A program made the translations under genes and the position numbers. 64,000 nucleotides of DNA, from contig JBMNPL010000002.1 in assembly GCA_050943575.1 (NCBI GenBank), forward strand, positions 8,073 to 72,072, given 5' to 3'. This document shows, in pieces, positions 17,732 to 28,950 of the stretch; the first letter of the stretch is position 1, and each line of letters opens with the position of its first letter. The notes under the pieces were generated by a model. The model was not told the DNA's origin. It was given only the letters and a program-made list of their open reading frames with translations, and searched no databases. Source of the DNA: Alphaproteobacteria bacterium. GTDB taxonomy: Bacteria; Pseudomonadota; Alphaproteobacteria; Rs-D84.

Positions 17732-19036
17732 ATGTCAATAAAAGAAAATTTTATCAAATTTGATTCTGCACCAATGCCACCACTGGCTGATCGTATGCGT
17801 CCACAAACAATTGATGAAATTGTTGGGCAAAAACAATTGCTGGGTGAAAATGGGTTAATACGACAAATGGTTAATTCAGGTAGATTATCAAATTTAATTT
17901 TATGGGGTCCCCCCGGATGTGGTAAAACAACAATTGCGCGCGCTTTGGCAAAATCAACAAATTATGAATTTATGCCTATGTCCGCTGTTTTTAGCGGAAC
18001 TGCTGATATTAAAAAAGCAATGGAAACTGCAAAAATGAATCGCGCTATTGGACGCGGGACTTTATTATTTATTGATGAAATTCATCGCTTTAATAAAACA
18101 CAACAAGATACTTTATTACCATATTTAGAGGATGGAACTTGTGTTTTTATTGGCGCAACAACTGAAAATCCCAGTTTTGAACTAAATAATGCCTTGCTTT
18201 CTCGCTGTCATATTGGTGTTTTATCTCCTCTTTCAACAGAAGATTTGATGGAATTATTAGAACGGGGTGAAAAAGAAGTTGGAAAATTACCACTAACAAA
18301 TGAAGCTAAAATTCACTTATGTCAAATGGCGGATGGGGATGCGCGATTTTTATTAAATACTATTGAATATTTATCAAATACAAAATTTACAAAATCATTA
18401 TCTGTTGATGAATTAAATACAGCGATACAAAAACGCGCACCTTTATCAGATAAATCTGGGGATGAACATTATAATTTAATTAGCGCCATTCATAAATCTT
18501 TACGCGCATCTGATACTGATGCCGCATTATATTGGACCGCAAGAATGATGCTGGGCGGACAAGATCCTAAATATTTATTCAGACGACTGACAAGATTTGC
18601 TGTTGAAGATATCGGGCTGGCGGATCCAAATGCTATGCAAGTTGCATTGACTGCATGGCAAATATACGAACGAATGGGCAGCCCCGAAGGAGATTTAGCA
18701 TTAACTCAACTTGTTATTTATCTGGGAACTGCACCAAAAAGTACTGCAAATTATAAAGCCCAAATCGCCGCATGGAAATGCGCGCAACAAAATGGTAGCT
18801 TAATGCCGCCAAAAAACATTTTAAATGCACCAACAAAAATGATGAAGAATTTAGGATATGGGGCAGATTATATTTACGAACCTGATACAGAAAATGGTTT
18901 TAGCGGACAAAATTGTTTTCCTGAATCATTAAAACGTCAATCTTTTTATAAACCAATAGAACGCGGATTTGAACGCGAAATAAAAAAACGTCTGGACTAT
19001 TGGGAATCATTAAGAAAAAAGATTAATAAAAATTAA
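17732..19036 (+). CDS. rarA: replication-associated recombination protein A (AAA+ ATPase)
   Basis: Walker [10 protein letters not shown]. Start chosen at the Met of MSIKENF; the track ORF starts 13 codons upstream. Confidence 0.85.
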   Translation: MSIKENFIKFDSAPMPPLADRMRPQTIDEIVGQKQLLGENGLIRQMVNSGRLSNLILWGPPGCGKTTIARALAKSTNYEFMPMSAVFSGTADIKKAMETAKMNRAIGRGTLLFIDEIHRFNKTQQDTLLPYLEDGTCVFIGATTENPSFELNNALLSRCHIGVLSPLSTEDLMELLERGEKEVGKLPLTNEAKIHLCQMADGDARFLLNTIEYLSNTKFTKSLSVDELNTAIQKRAPLSDKSGDEHYNLISAIHKSLRASDTDAALYWTARMMLGGQDPKYLFRRLTRFAVEDIGLADPNAMQVALTAWQIYERMGSPEGDLALTQLVIYLGTAPKSTANYKAQIAAWKCAQQNGSLMPPKNILNAPTKMMKNLGYGADYIYEPDTENGFSGQNCFPESLKRQSFYKPIERGFEREIKKRLDYWESLRKKINKN

Positions 19037-19056
19037 TTTATTATAAAAAACTATTT

Positions 19057-19860
19057 TTATAATCTTTTCTGATTTTTTAGGTATAATTGCATATTAATAT
19101 TAATTGTGTTTAATTTATCTTTTAAAGATTTAATAGCATCTTCTTCCGAAGATCCTTCCCCCACAACTATTGGGATATCTAATGTATAATCTTCATCTTT
19201 TTCCCAAAATCTTTTTTCTCTATAAAGCTTAGCTGTAGACTCATACGCAATATATGTTGGTCTAACACTAACAGGTGCTGAAAATTCTTCCTCGTATTCA
19301 TTAGAGCTGCTGTAATAATTAGAACTTTTTTTTGGAAAAACTGAGTCATATCCTCTTGATAAATAAAAATTTCCAAAAAAATCATATAAATTTATCGATT
19401 TACCAACAATTAATCTGCCATTAATATCTTTGTCAAATATTATTTTGTGTGCTGTTTGCACCAATGTAGTTGGTGAACCAATATGATTTTTGATATTAAA
19501 TACAGATAATTTTTCCCCAGAAGGTAGAACTATTAAGGATAAATTAAAACACTTTGTTATAATAGCACCATTATCTTTTGCATTCCAAAGAGGAGATGTG
19601 GATTTAAAAACAATTTGTTTTAAATTCTTACAATTATGTATCCCACGAACTTCGATTTTATTAACATTTTTGGGGATTTCAAGAGTTTTAATTTCATCAA
19701 TATTATAAAAAGCTTCGGTATTTATAACTTGCACTGAAGTCGGTATTTTAAAAGTTCCATCTTCTATGTTATTTTTTCTAACTTTTTTTAAAACTTTATT
19801 ATCTTTAGATAGTATCGGTTTAGTATCTACTATTTTTAAGATCGCATCTTTGAATGACAT
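19057..19860 (-). CDS. BspA-type leucine-rich-repeat protein (putative)
   Basis: Repeated IPxxVxxIxxxAFxxCxxLxxIxxP-like units (IPTSVQVINTEAFYNIDEIKTLEIPKNVNKIEVRGIHNCKNLKQIVF). No signal peptide. Start chosen at MSFKD with RBS AAGGGTGG; the track start at 19890 overlaps the upstream OMP. Confidence 0.4.
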   Translation of the reverse strand: MSFKDAILKIVDTKPILSKDNKVLKKVRKNNIEDGTFKIPTSVQVINTEAFYNIDEIKTLEIPKNVNKIEVRGIHNCKNLKQIVFKSTSPLWNAKDNGAIITKCFNLSLIVLPSGEKLSVFNIKNHIGSPTTLVQTAHKIIFDKDINGRLIVGKSINLYDFFGNFYLSRGYDSVFPKKSSNYYSSSNEYEEEFSAPVSVRPTYIAYESTAKLYREKRFWEKDEDYTLDIPIVVGEGSSEEDAIKSLKDKLNTININMQLYLKNQKRL

Positions 19861-19870
19861 AACCACCCTT

Positions 19871-20581
19871 TTAAAATGATATATTGACACGTGTGCCGAA
19901 TTTCATATTATTTTGTTCAAAATCATATTCACCAAAGCCAACATATTGTGTGCGACCATATTGACGAACTAATTTCGCATTTACAATCGTTGTATCAAAA
20001 ATTGGATTTGTTGATTTTCTAAAATCTGCACCCATACCAATACGCCAATTTGAACTTAATCTGAAATAAATATCTGGCATTATATCAATCCAAGCCATCC
20101 CATTTAATTCATCAAAAATCCAACTTGATTTTAAAGCGCCGGATAATGTAACCCAATCCCAACTGCGACCAATACGAACACCACCAAAATAAATATTTTT
20201 ATCAAATCTGGGATCTGCATCACCAGAAACTTTTATTCCACCAAAAAGATCTGATTTAACTGCACCGTTTGACATACGATACATAGCATCAAAACCAAAA
20301 TATGAAAACCCATCATAATCACGTTCATCATTAAAATCTTGTTGATATTTAACGGTTGTACCTAAAACAAATATATCATTTATTCCATAAGCAGCCTTGA
20401 GCCCGACATCCAAAATATCATCACCAAAAGATAATCCGCCACGCATTGTAAAATCACGCGCTTGTTCAAAATACATCGGATCTTCGGTATCAAATATTGC
20501 GGCACTGGCACTGGAAAACAAAGCTATAAGCCCACAAAAAGCAACCCCTGTTAAAACAATTTTGTTTTTAATACAACTCAT
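19871..20581 (-). CDS. outer-membrane beta-barrel protein (putative)
   Basis: 236 aa. Signal peptide (SASA|AIF), alternating hydrophobic beta-strand pattern, C-terminal Phe. Confidence 0.5.
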   Translation of the reverse strand: MSCIKNKIVLTGVAFCGLIALFSSASAAIFDTEDPMYFEQARDFTMRGGLSFGDDILDVGLKAAYGINDIFVLGTTVKYQQDFNDERDYDGFSYFGFDAMYRMSNGAVKSDLFGGIKVSGDADPRFDKNIYFGGVRIGRSWDWVTLSGALKSSWIFDELNGMAWIDIMPDIYFRLSSNWRIGMGADFRKSTNPIFDTTIVNAKLVRQYGRTQYVGFGEYDFEQNNMKFGTRVNISF

Positions 20582-20601
20582 TATAACAACTCTTTATTAG
20601 C

Positions 20602-21696
20602 TTAAAAATATAGCATTCCTTGGATACCAATTTGCATATCTTGATATTTGCTTAATTCAGCAACTCCTATAGGCTGTGGTATCAAGTCAGAATCATTAGT
20701 ATAACATGGGGCATCAGGGCTACTACACCACACATATACACCAATATCTTTTACTGAATTAGCAGAATCCCATAAAGATGCTCTGCTGTATAATCCTAGA
20801 GCAAACATATCGTTTGGTTGCCAATAGATGCCTGCTTTGGCATAAAGTTGATTGTGCCAAGAATAACTACCAAAAATAGCCTCTAGATTAAATGACCATT
20901 GATCTGATAATTTTGTAAATACGCCCGCGCCGGCTTCCAGATAAAAACTTTTAGAAACATCATTTTCAAATGCCATATACAAAGTTTCACCACCATCAGT
21001 GATAACACCATTACCGTATGATGTGCCATCCCACATAATATAAGATAAGTTTGCCAGACCATATATTGTGGTGTCAGGCGTCATTTTAAATCCAAATTTA
21101 CCAACAGCCATTATTAAATTTGCAATATCCGAAGATTGAAAATATATTCCCAAATTATCAATATTTGTATCATCTTCAAAAAACTTCCATTGACCACCAA
21201 TACCCCATACTGCAATACCACTATCATCCATAGAAACCGATATTGGCGGCGTATCATAAACATTAACTTCATAGTCAGATTTTGAATATTTTAACATACC
21301 CATTAAAGCAAAATTATCTGTAATACCGAAACTTAAATCTTCTTTAAAGAAAACTTCACTTGCTTTCCAATCACTAGTAGCTGCTACAGATGGGATTTCA
21401 AAATCATAAGTATTTTTTGAATAACCTAAATCAGATAAACTTCCAAAACGACCCTTGGCTGGTTGAAAAAACGGATCTGCTAAAACTGTTTGATTAGATT
21501 TACGAGAAGTTTGTTTGCGAATCGGTTCATATTTAGGTGTTTCATTTTTTTCACACCCTGCATAATTACAACCTGTATAATTATAATACAATTCATGTCT
21601 TTTTGAATTGTTTGAATATCTTGTTGTAGCATCAGCACCAACAGATATAAAAGCAGCCCCCAGTGCTGCCGCAAAAACAAAATTAAGCTGTTTCAT
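20602..21696 (-). CDS. outer-membrane beta-barrel protein (putative, larger paralog)
   Basis: 364 aa. Signal peptide (VGADA|TT), aromatic-rich beta-strand periodicity, terminal ...GMLYF. Confidence 0.5.
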   Translation of the reverse strand: MKQLNFVFAAALGAAFISVGADATTRYSNNSKRHELYYNYTGCNYAGCEKNETPKYEPIRKQTSRKSNQTVLADPFFQPAKGRFGSLSDLGYSKNTYDFEIPSVAATSDWKASEVFFKEDLSFGITDNFALMGMLKYSKSDYEVNVYDTPPISVSMDDSGIAVWGIGGQWKFFEDDTNIDNLGIYFQSSDIANLIMAVGKFGFKMTPDTTIYGLANLSYIMWDGTSYGNGVITDGGETLYMAFENDVSKSFYLEAGAGVFTKLSDQWSFNLEAIFGSYSWHNQLYAKAGIYWQPNDMFALGLYSRASLWDSANSVKDIGVYVWCSSPDAPCYTNDSDLIPQPIGVAELSKYQDMQIGIQGMLYF

Positions 21697-21758
21697 AGTT
21701 TAACCTTTATGCTTTAATTACAACTAATATTTTATCATAAAATGGAATAAGTATCAAA

Positions 21759-22436
21759 TTATATTTTAGACTTTACAAAATCGGCTGTAATCATACCTAT
21801 AAATGCGCCAAGTAAAACATCCGTTGGAAAATGAGCCCCAAAAGCAATACGCATTAACCCAATTAAAATTGCCAAAGTCCAAGTTAGCCATTTACATTTA
21901 GGATATATTAAACCAATCATTACCAATCCAGCAAAAGATGCAACTGTATGCCCAGATGGCATAGAATTAAATGCCCACTCTGTTGTAAATGGATAAAATC
22001 CCGTCAATCCCAACGCTTCTAAAAATATTGGACGCATGCGCCCTATGACAATTTTAAGAATCCAACCTATAAATCCTGCCAATAACACAGAACAAAAAAT
22101 AGAAAATAAAGTAAATAATAATTCGTTATGAAAAATCTTTTTTCTATTTTTCCATAAATCATAAGGAAAATATTTTTTCAAACCAGATATTTGTTTAATA
22201 CCATTTTTAATATTCAATATATAAACTATTGCCAATGCGATACCTAAAACTATTAACCATATTTTAAGCGAAAATACATTATCAACAAAACTTGCAATAA
22301 CACCATTAAACCTGCGCATAAAAATAAATAATGGAACATCAAACCAAAATACACCAAGAAAACAAAGGGCAATTACAATACATGTTGCCCAAATAACAGA
22401 TTTCCATTTAATTTGATTGTTTTTATTCAGAAACAT
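21759..22436 (-). CDS. PAP2-family lipid phosphatase
   Basis: 225 aa with 6 TM. Motifs KxxxxxxRP (GRMRP), PSGH and RxxxxxHxxxD (RIAFGAHFPTD). Confidence 0.7.
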   Translation of the reverse strand: MFLNKNNQIKWKSVIWATCIVIALCFLGVFWFDVPLFIFMRRFNGVIASFVDNVFSLKIWLIVLGIALAIVYILNIKNGIKQISGLKKYFPYDLWKNRKKIFHNELLFTLFSIFCSVLLAGFIGWILKIVIGRMRPIFLEALGLTGFYPFTTEWAFNSMPSGHTVASFAGLVMIGLIYPKCKWLTWTLAILIGLMRIAFGAHFPTDVLLGAFIGMITADFVKSKI

Positions 22437-23934
22437 TTTCTAGTAATTTTTTGTATACATTATTATCTGTTAGAATTTTTGTGGATACTGCTAACGCGGC
22501 GGCATCTTCGTCCTCACCAGATTTTATATTCGGACAACCTTTTCTGATTTTATCTGAATCTATGGATAAATCTGAATTAAAATTTTGAGCATTAAAATCA
22601 CCATTAATAACATTTACAAAAAAAGCATCTTCTTGACTTTTATTTCTAATATTAGATAAACAAACTAATGGAAAAACACCACGTTTATCAATTAATACAC
22701 CCTGCCCGCTTTTAATATGTCTGTTTCCCAGTTCAATAGTTGCACCATTTGATAATTCAATTTTTGTAATTAATTTTGCTTTACCAGCAGTTGGTGTTCC
22801 AACCAATACACCGCGTGAATTGTCATTAAATGCCAAGGCTATCGCTTCGGCTGACCCTTGGGTTTGATTTGATACAAGCACCACAACTGGTGCATTTGTT
22901 ATAGCATCACCACCTGGAATTACTTCTAGTTTTTCCCCTGCTGTTTCTTCAATATGCATTATTGGTACCGCACCTAGAAATAATCCTGCCAATTTTGCTG
23001 CTGCGCGTTCATCACCGCCGCGTGCTGCACGCATATCCAGAACTATTCCTGTTGCGTCTGAATATTTATTCAATGCTTCATTTACTATGGCAACCGCATT
23101 TTCAGATACATTATAAATTATAATTTCAAGAATTTTAAATTCTTGTTGTTTATCCGAAGTACTTTGCCTCCATACAATATCGGCATCTGTCATAACAATA
23201 CTTGCACGACGCAAAACTATTTTTTTTGTTCCTGTTGGTGTTGCCACACTTAATTTTAATGTCCCTGAATTTAATCCCCCAAACGCAGCGGCTAATTCCG
23301 CATCAGATAATGTTTTTACATCTTTACCATTAATGCCAACTATTAAATCGCCTTCGTTTATTCCAGCATCATCTGCTTGGGAGCCTTTGACCACGCCTTC
23401 TATGCGCCAATTGCCAATCTTGTCGCGTTTACCCTGAATGCCAGCACTGGTTAAAACCTTACCATCTTCTTCGTATATTGATGCAATATAACGTCCATAC
23501 TGATCCAAAGAATGTATAATTGAATTAACCGCCATCAATCCCAAAATATCCCCCGATTGCGATGCAATCACTGGATCTGATGCACGAATTTTTAATAATA
23601 AAGCCGTCGTTATGTCCCCCAATCCTTTCCAGTCATTATCCAAAGGACGTGGCCAATTGCCAATAATATCACTATCATGAACAATTATTATACGATGATC
23701 AGTGGCCGCAATTTTAATTTTTGGAGATAATCTTTCCAAAGACTCTATTGCTACCCTAACATCTTTACCAGCAAAATTTATATCTGATAATTTTTGAAAA
23801 ACTTCCGCAAAAAAGGCAGATGTTTCATGTACTTTAACACCTTCTATAACCGGTGTTTCTGCATCAAATAAATCAGCAGCCAATGTAATAAATGGTAAGA
23901 AAGAAAAAACAAATATTAAAAATAATTTTCTCAT
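22423..23934 (-). CDS. ctpA: S41 family C-terminal processing peptidase
   Basis: 503 aa. Signal peptide, PDZ-like region (GDLIVGINGKDV), S41 motifs (VVVLVSNQTQGSAEA ... GTPTAGKAKL). Confidence 0.7.
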   Translation of the reverse strand: MRKLFLIFVFSFLPFITLAADLFDAETPVIEGVKVHETSAFFAEVFQKLSDINFAGKDVRVAIESLERLSPKIKIAATDHRIIIVHDSDIIGNWPRPLDNDWKGLGDITTALLLKIRASDPVIASQSGDILGLMAVNSIIHSLDQYGRYIASIYEEDGKVLTSAGIQGKRDKIGNWRIEGVVKGSQADDAGINEGDLIVGINGKDVKTLSDAELAAAFGGLNSGTLKLSVATPTGTKKIVLRRASIVMTDADIVWRQSTSDKQQEFKILEIIIYNVSENAVAIVNEALNKYSDATGIVLDMRAARGGDERAAAKLAGLFLGAVPIMHIEETAGEKLEVIPGGDAITNAPVVVLVSNQTQGSAEAIALAFNDNSRGVLVGTPTAGKAKLITKIELSNGATIELGNRHIKSGQGVLIDKRGVFPLVCLSNIRNKSQEDAFFVNVINGDFNAQNFNSDLSIDSDKIRKGCPNIKSGEDEDAAALAVSTKILTDNNVYKKLLENVSE

Positions 23935-23957
23935 ATTTTTCCCCTACCTTTTTATTA

Positions 23958-24818
23958 TTAATTATCCTTTCTTAAATCAAAATGATAAAGAACAACATTA
24001 GAAATATAAATTGAAGTTATGGTTCCCATAATTACACAGAAAATCATCGCCAAAGCAAATTCCCGTAAAACTTCACCTGCAAAGAAATATAATGCAATCA
24101 TTGATAATAATGTTGTTATACATGTTAAAATTGTCCTTAACATCATTTCATTAATAGAAAGATCTATCAATTCATCTTGTGGCATTTTATGATAACGTTT
24201 CGCATTTTCTTCTATTCTGTCGTAATTAACAACCTTATCATTTATTGAATAACCTATACCTATTAAAATAACAGCAATCGCAGTTTGATTAAATTCAAGC
24301 CCCATAATACTGAAAAATCCGAATATTAAAATAAAGTCCAAAACTAATGAAACCAAAGATCCAATTGCATACCCGCCCTTGTACCTAATCCATATATAAA
24401 TACTCATCAAAATAAATGAAAATAATATAGCTAGTACGCCACCTTGAATTAATTCGCCACCTATTTTTGGACCAACAATTTGAACTTGATTATAAGTAAC
24501 ACGATCACCAAAAATATTCTTTATATCTGCAACCGCTTTGTTTTGTTGATCTTCTGTTGCGTCTTTTTCAAGACCTATGCGTACTAAAACATTACCTTTG
24601 GTATCTTCTTGTAATTCTGGCTTAAAATCAGCCAAATCACTACGCATTTTATCCAAAGTATAATCTGCAGAAATTGGTTTAACTTCCATCGCAATTCCGC
24701 CAGCAAAATCAATACCATAATTAAGCCCTTTAACAGCAAGCGAAATTATTGATAAAACAACCAATGCGGCTGAAATCCAATACGACAATTTTCTATATTT
24801 CATAAAATGCAGGGTCAT
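23958..24818 (-). CDS. secF: protein translocase subunit SecF
   Basis: 286 aa with 6 TM and SecF-family topology. Directly downstream of secD. Confidence 0.85.
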   Translation of the reverse strand: MTLHFMKYRKLSYWISAALVVLSIISLAVKGLNYGIDFAGGIAMEVKPISADYTLDKMRSDLADFKPELQEDTKGNVLVRIGLEKDATEDQQNKAVADIKNIFGDRVTYNQVQIVGPKIGGELIQGGVLAILFSFILMSIYIWIRYKGGYAIGSLVSLVLDFILIFGFFSIMGLEFNQTAIAVILIGIGYSINDKVVNYDRIEENAKRYHKMPQDELIDLSINEMMLRTILTCITTLLSMIALYFFAGEVLREFALAMIFCVIMGTITSIYISNVVLYHFDLRKDN

Positions 24819-24819
24819 T

Positions 24820-26388
24820 TTAATTTCCTTTCTTTTGACTAATAAAACTTATACGTTTGTTTTTTCCACCCATATAGATTTCTATCATCATGCGTGATAA
24901 AGAAACACAGGTAAATAATGTTGTAAGAACACCTATTGATAAAGTTACTGCAAAACCACGTATTGGTCCCGCGCCAAATTGAAATAACACCAGCGCACAA
25001 ATCAATGTGGTTATATTTGCATCCAAAACAGTTTTCATTGCACGATCAAATCCAGCACTTACAGCATGCAATGAACTACTGCCGGCACGCACTTCATCAC
25101 GCATTCGCTCAAACGGAAGCACATTCGCATCAACCGCCATACCAAGCGTTAATGCAATACCAGCAATTCCTGGTAAAGTTAATGTTGCGCCCAGCAATGC
25201 TGAAATACCAATAATCATACACAAGTTTACTAATAAAGCTATATCTGCAATTAATCCAAATTCACGATAAACTAATAACATAAATATCATAACAAATATA
25301 ACACCTATTAAAGCACCCCTTTTACCATGTTCAATTGTATCTGCACCCAAACTTGCACCAACTGAACGTTCCTCGATAACTCGAAGTGGTGCGGGTAATG
25401 CACCGCTACGTAATAATACTGCTAAATCTTTTGCTTCTTGTAATGTAAATCCACCAGAAATTTGACCACGACCACCTGGGATAGGCTCGCGTATGCTTGG
25501 GGCAGATAAAACCTTGCCATCCAAAACAATTGCAAATCTTCTGCCAACATTTTCTGTTGTTAAACGTGCAAATTTACGTGCACCAGTTGAGTCAAAAACA
25601 GTTGTAACAACTGGCATATTATTTTGATCTAAATCTGCCTGAGAATCAGTTAATGATTCGCCCGAGATTTCTATACGAGAATAAACCGGAATAATTTGAT
25701 TTGGCATGTCCATCAATGGTAAAAATTCTGTTCCACTGGGGGCATGTCCACGTGCAATTTGTTCCGCAGTAATATCTTCATTTACTAAATGAAATGTCAT
25801 CTTGGCGGTTTGACCAATTAATTCTTTTATACGTTCAGGATTATCAACACCTGGTAATTGAACTAAAATATATTTTCCACCCTGTGATTGAATTGATGGT
25901 TCCTTTGTTCCTAATGCATCAATACGACGACGAACAATTTCAATACTGCGTGATAATGCATCTTCTATAATTTTTGCAATTTGTTTTTCTGAATAAGATA
26001 AAGTTATTACTTTACCATTTACACTTATATCAACATTATCCCCTAGCTCACTGCGTAAACGACCACGTGCTTTGGAAACATCATTTGAATCACGAACAAC
26101 AAAAGATACCTTGTCATTTATATTTCGTAAATTTGAAAAACGAATAACACCTTTATCACGATTAATAAGTGCAGCACGTGCGCCATCATATAATTGAACT
26201 GATTTTTCACGCATCATAGTATCAGTATCAACTTCTAATAATAATTGCGCCCCGCCCTTTAAATCCAATCCCAAAGATATTGGTTGAATCCATGATGGAA
26301 AATATTTCGCCGAACTTGGAAAAATTGTTGGCACAGCCAACAATACGCCAAATACAGCAACTAGTGTTATTACAATTCTTTTCAACAT
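24820..26388 (-). CDS. secD: protein translocase subunit SecD
   Basis: 522 aa. N-terminal TM, a large periplasmic domain, then a 5-TM bundle. Confidence 0.85.
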   Translation of the reverse strand: MLKRIVITLVAVFGVLLAVPTIFPSSAKYFPSWIQPISLGLDLKGGAQLLLEVDTDTMMREKSVQLYDGARAALINRDKGVIRFSNLRNINDKVSFVVRDSNDVSKARGRLRSELGDNVDISVNGKVITLSYSEKQIAKIIEDALSRSIEIVRRRIDALGTKEPSIQSQGGKYILVQLPGVDNPERIKELIGQTAKMTFHLVNEDITAEQIARGHAPSGTEFLPLMDMPNQIIPVYSRIEISGESLTDSQADLDQNNMPVVTTVFDSTGARKFARLTTENVGRRFAIVLDGKVLSAPSIREPIPGGRGQISGGFTLQEAKDLAVLLRSGALPAPLRVIEERSVGASLGADTIEHGKRGALIGVIFVMIFMLLVYREFGLIADIALLVNLCMIIGISALLGATLTLPGIAGIALTLGMAVDANVLPFERMRDEVRAGSSSLHAVSAGFDRAMKTVLDANITTLICALVLFQFGAGPIRGFAVTLSIGVLTTLFTCVSLSRMMIEIYMGGKNKRISFISQKKGN

Positions 26389-26411
26389 AATATAAAACCT
26401 TGGTTTAAAAT

Positions 26412-26699
26412 TTATTGTTCTATATTTGCAACCGCATTTTTAGATACTTCTATAACCACACCTTTGGCGACTTCTAAATCTATGGTCTTTTCATTGATTT
26501 TTTTAATTGTTCCATAAATTCCTGCCGCTAAAACACGATTACCAACTTTTAAACTATCTAACATTTTTTGATATTCTTTCATACGACGTTTGTTTGGTAA
26601 AATCATCAAGAAATAAATTATAGCGAAAATAATCGCACAATAAATAACTAAACCCCAAACATCATTTTTTGGCGCTGTATTTACAACATCTGTATTCAT
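26412..26699 (-). CDS. yajC: preprotein translocase subunit YajC
   Basis: 95 aa with a single TM. Lies upstream of secD as in the conserved yajC-secD-secF operon. Confidence 0.75.
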   Translation of the reverse strand: MNTDVVNTAPKNDVWGLVIYCAIIFAIIYFLMILPNKRRMKEYQKMLDSLKVGNRVLAAGIYGTIKKINEKTIDLEVAKGVVIEVSKNAVANIEQ

Positions 26700-26773
26700 A
26701 ATATTTTCTCCTTGGTTTATGAGTTATTTATAGTAAAAAATTAAACTTTTGTAAATAGAAAATCTGACTATTA

Positions 26774-28444
26774 TTAAATTCTTTCAAACCAAGCGTCTAA
26801 TTCAGTAAAAGGAATAATTTTATAAACTGGGCGACCATGATTGCATTCGCCACCTCTTTCGGTTTTTTCAACATCACGCAATAATGCGTTCATTGATTCC
26901 AAGGTTAACTTTTGCCCCGCCCTGACAGAATGATGACATGCATAATTTGCTAATTTTAAATGTAATTTTTCATGTAATTGTGATGAATGCCCATTTGATA
27001 AAACTTCAAACGCTATATCTTTTAACAAACCTGCCCAATCCAAATCCCAATCTGCTGGTTTTTCATTAATTGATATAGAATCCTCGCCAAACTCAGCAAT
27101 ATCTAGTCCAGATTCTTTTAATTCACTTGCGACTTCCAAGACTGCTAAAACTTCTTCGGGTTTTAATTTAATAACTATCGGAACTAATAAATTTTGAACT
27201 TTGATTTTATGAGTTCGTAATTGTTCATAAATAATTCTTTCGTGTGCGGCATGTTGATCGGTTATTACCAATCCGTTTTCATTTTGCGATAAAATATATT
27301 TATTACTAATTTGACCAATTACTTGCCCCAAAGGCAAAAATACAGATTGATTGTTAATAACCTCATTTTCTTTGGTATTTGTATTTGGTTGTATAATTTC
27401 TTGCTCGTGGATAAGAAAAAAATTGTTATTATTAAACACATTTTGTGGTTGATAATCTGGCATTGAAGTCGGGATATTTTTCTTGGCCGCAAATCCAGTC
27501 ATTGGGATAGCCAATGCATCACGAATAGTTTTTATTATAAAACCACGAATGCGTGCTGGCTCTAGAAAATGAACTTCGGTTTTAGACGGAGAAACATTTA
27601 CATCTACTTCGGATACAGGCATATCCAAATATAAAGCACATAATGGAAATTCGCGTGCATTCATAACATCCATATATGCAGCGCGTAATGCGCCGATTAA
27701 AACACGATCTTTAACAGGTCTGCCATTTACAAATAAATATTGATCAACTGATGAAGCCCTGCGTAATGTGGGTTCAGATATCCATCCAGAAAGTTTCAAG
27801 CCATTATTTTCACGTTCAATTTTTAACATACGATTTTTAACTTCGTCGCCCATAACAGCCACGATTCGTTCAATCAATGATTGTCCTTTTGGAAAACGCC
27901 ATTTATTATTTAATGTAAAACCAATATCTGTACGCGCCATTGCTAAACGTTTTACAACTTCTACTATCGCCATCATTTCTCCACGATCACTGCGTAAGAA
28001 TTTTAATCTTGCTGGAATTCTTGCAAATAAATTTTCTATACGAATACGTGTACCAGATTCCCAAGAACTTGGTTTAATTTCGCCCGTTGTGGCATTTAAT
28101 TGCAAACCATTTGTATCAATTGTCATATCGCTGACACTGGCAATAGATGGTAAAGCTTCGCCCCGAAAACCCATAAAATTAATATTTAATAAATTATCTG
28201 ATGGAAGTTTACTAGTTGCATGACGTTTTATACTATTTGCTAAATCATCACGATGCATACCACGTCCATTATCTATAACTGAAATCAGAGTTCTGCCGCC
28301 ATCAATAACATCAATAACTATCTGGTCTGAACCTGCATCAATCGCATTTTCAATTAATTCTTTTACCACACTGGCGGGACGTTCTACTACTTCACCAGCG
28401 GCAATTTGATTAATTAAAAAATCGGGCAATATTCTAATCGGCAT
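26774..28444 (-). CDS. mutL: DNA mismatch repair protein MutL
   Basis: 556 aa with GHKL ATPase motifs (IAAGEVVERPASVVKELIENAIDAG) and a C-terminal dimerisation domain. Confidence 0.85.
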   Translation of the reverse strand: MPIRILPDFLINQIAAGEVVERPASVVKELIENAIDAGSDQIVIDVIDGGRTLISVIDNGRGMHRDDLANSIKRHATSKLPSDNLLNINFMGFRGEALPSIASVSDMTIDTNGLQLNATTGEIKPSSWESGTRIRIENLFARIPARLKFLRSDRGEMMAIVEVVKRLAMARTDIGFTLNNKWRFPKGQSLIERIVAVMGDEVKNRMLKIERENNGLKLSGWISEPTLRRASSVDQYLFVNGRPVKDRVLIGALRAAYMDVMNAREFPLCALYLDMPVSEVDVNVSPSKTEVHFLEPARIRGFIIKTIRDALAIPMTGFAAKKNIPTSMPDYQPQNVFNNNNFFLIHEQEIIQPNTNTKENEVINNQSVFLPLGQVIGQISNKYILSQNENGLVITDQHAAHERIIYEQLRTHKIKVQNLLVPIVIKLKPEEVLAVLEVASELKESGLDIAEFGEDSISINEKPADWDLDWAGLLKDIAFEVLSNGHSSQLHEKLHLKLANYACHHSVRAGQKLTLESMNALLRDVEKTERGGECNHGRPVYKIIPFTELDAWFERI

Positions 28445-28445
28445 T

Positions 28446-28913
28446 TTATTTAAATTTTACCTCTATTATTTCGTATTCTTTTTCACCGCTGGGGGTTTGA
28501 ACTGTGCAGATATCCCCAACACATTTTCCTATGAACGAGCGCCCGACAGGACTGGTGCAGGCTATAATTGTTTTTCCATCTGCTTCTACATCAGATAAAA
28601 TTTTACATTGCATTAAATTACCATCGGAATCTTCGGCGACAACTGATGCACCAAATGTGATACGATTTCCAGATAAAGAATCTATATCTATAACATTTGC
28701 ATCTTTGATATAATTTTCTAAGAATTTAATTCTTGAATCTATAATTCTTTGTTTTTCCTTGGCTCCGGTATAATCAGCGTTCTCGGATAAATCACCTAGT
28801 GATCTGGCCCATTGAATAACTTTTATAATTTCTGGGCGCTCAACTTCGCGTAAATGTTTTAATTCAGCATTAAGTGCTTCGAATCCTTGTTTTGATATTG
28901 GCTTTTTTTCCAT
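28446..28913 (-). CDS. greA: transcription elongation factor GreA
   Basis: 155 aa. N-terminal coiled-coil with acidic tip, C-terminal FKBP-like domain. Confidence 0.85.
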   Translation of the reverse strand: MEKKPISKQGFEALNAELKHLREVERPEIIKVIQWARSLGDLSENADYTGAKEKQRIIDSRIKFLENYIKDANVIDIDSLSGNRITFGASVVAEDSDGNLMQCKILSDVEADGKTIIACTSPVGRSFIGKCVGDICTVQTPSGEKEYEIIEVKFK

Positions 28914-28950
28914 AGATTTTCCTTTTGATGCAGATTATAATTAAAAAATC

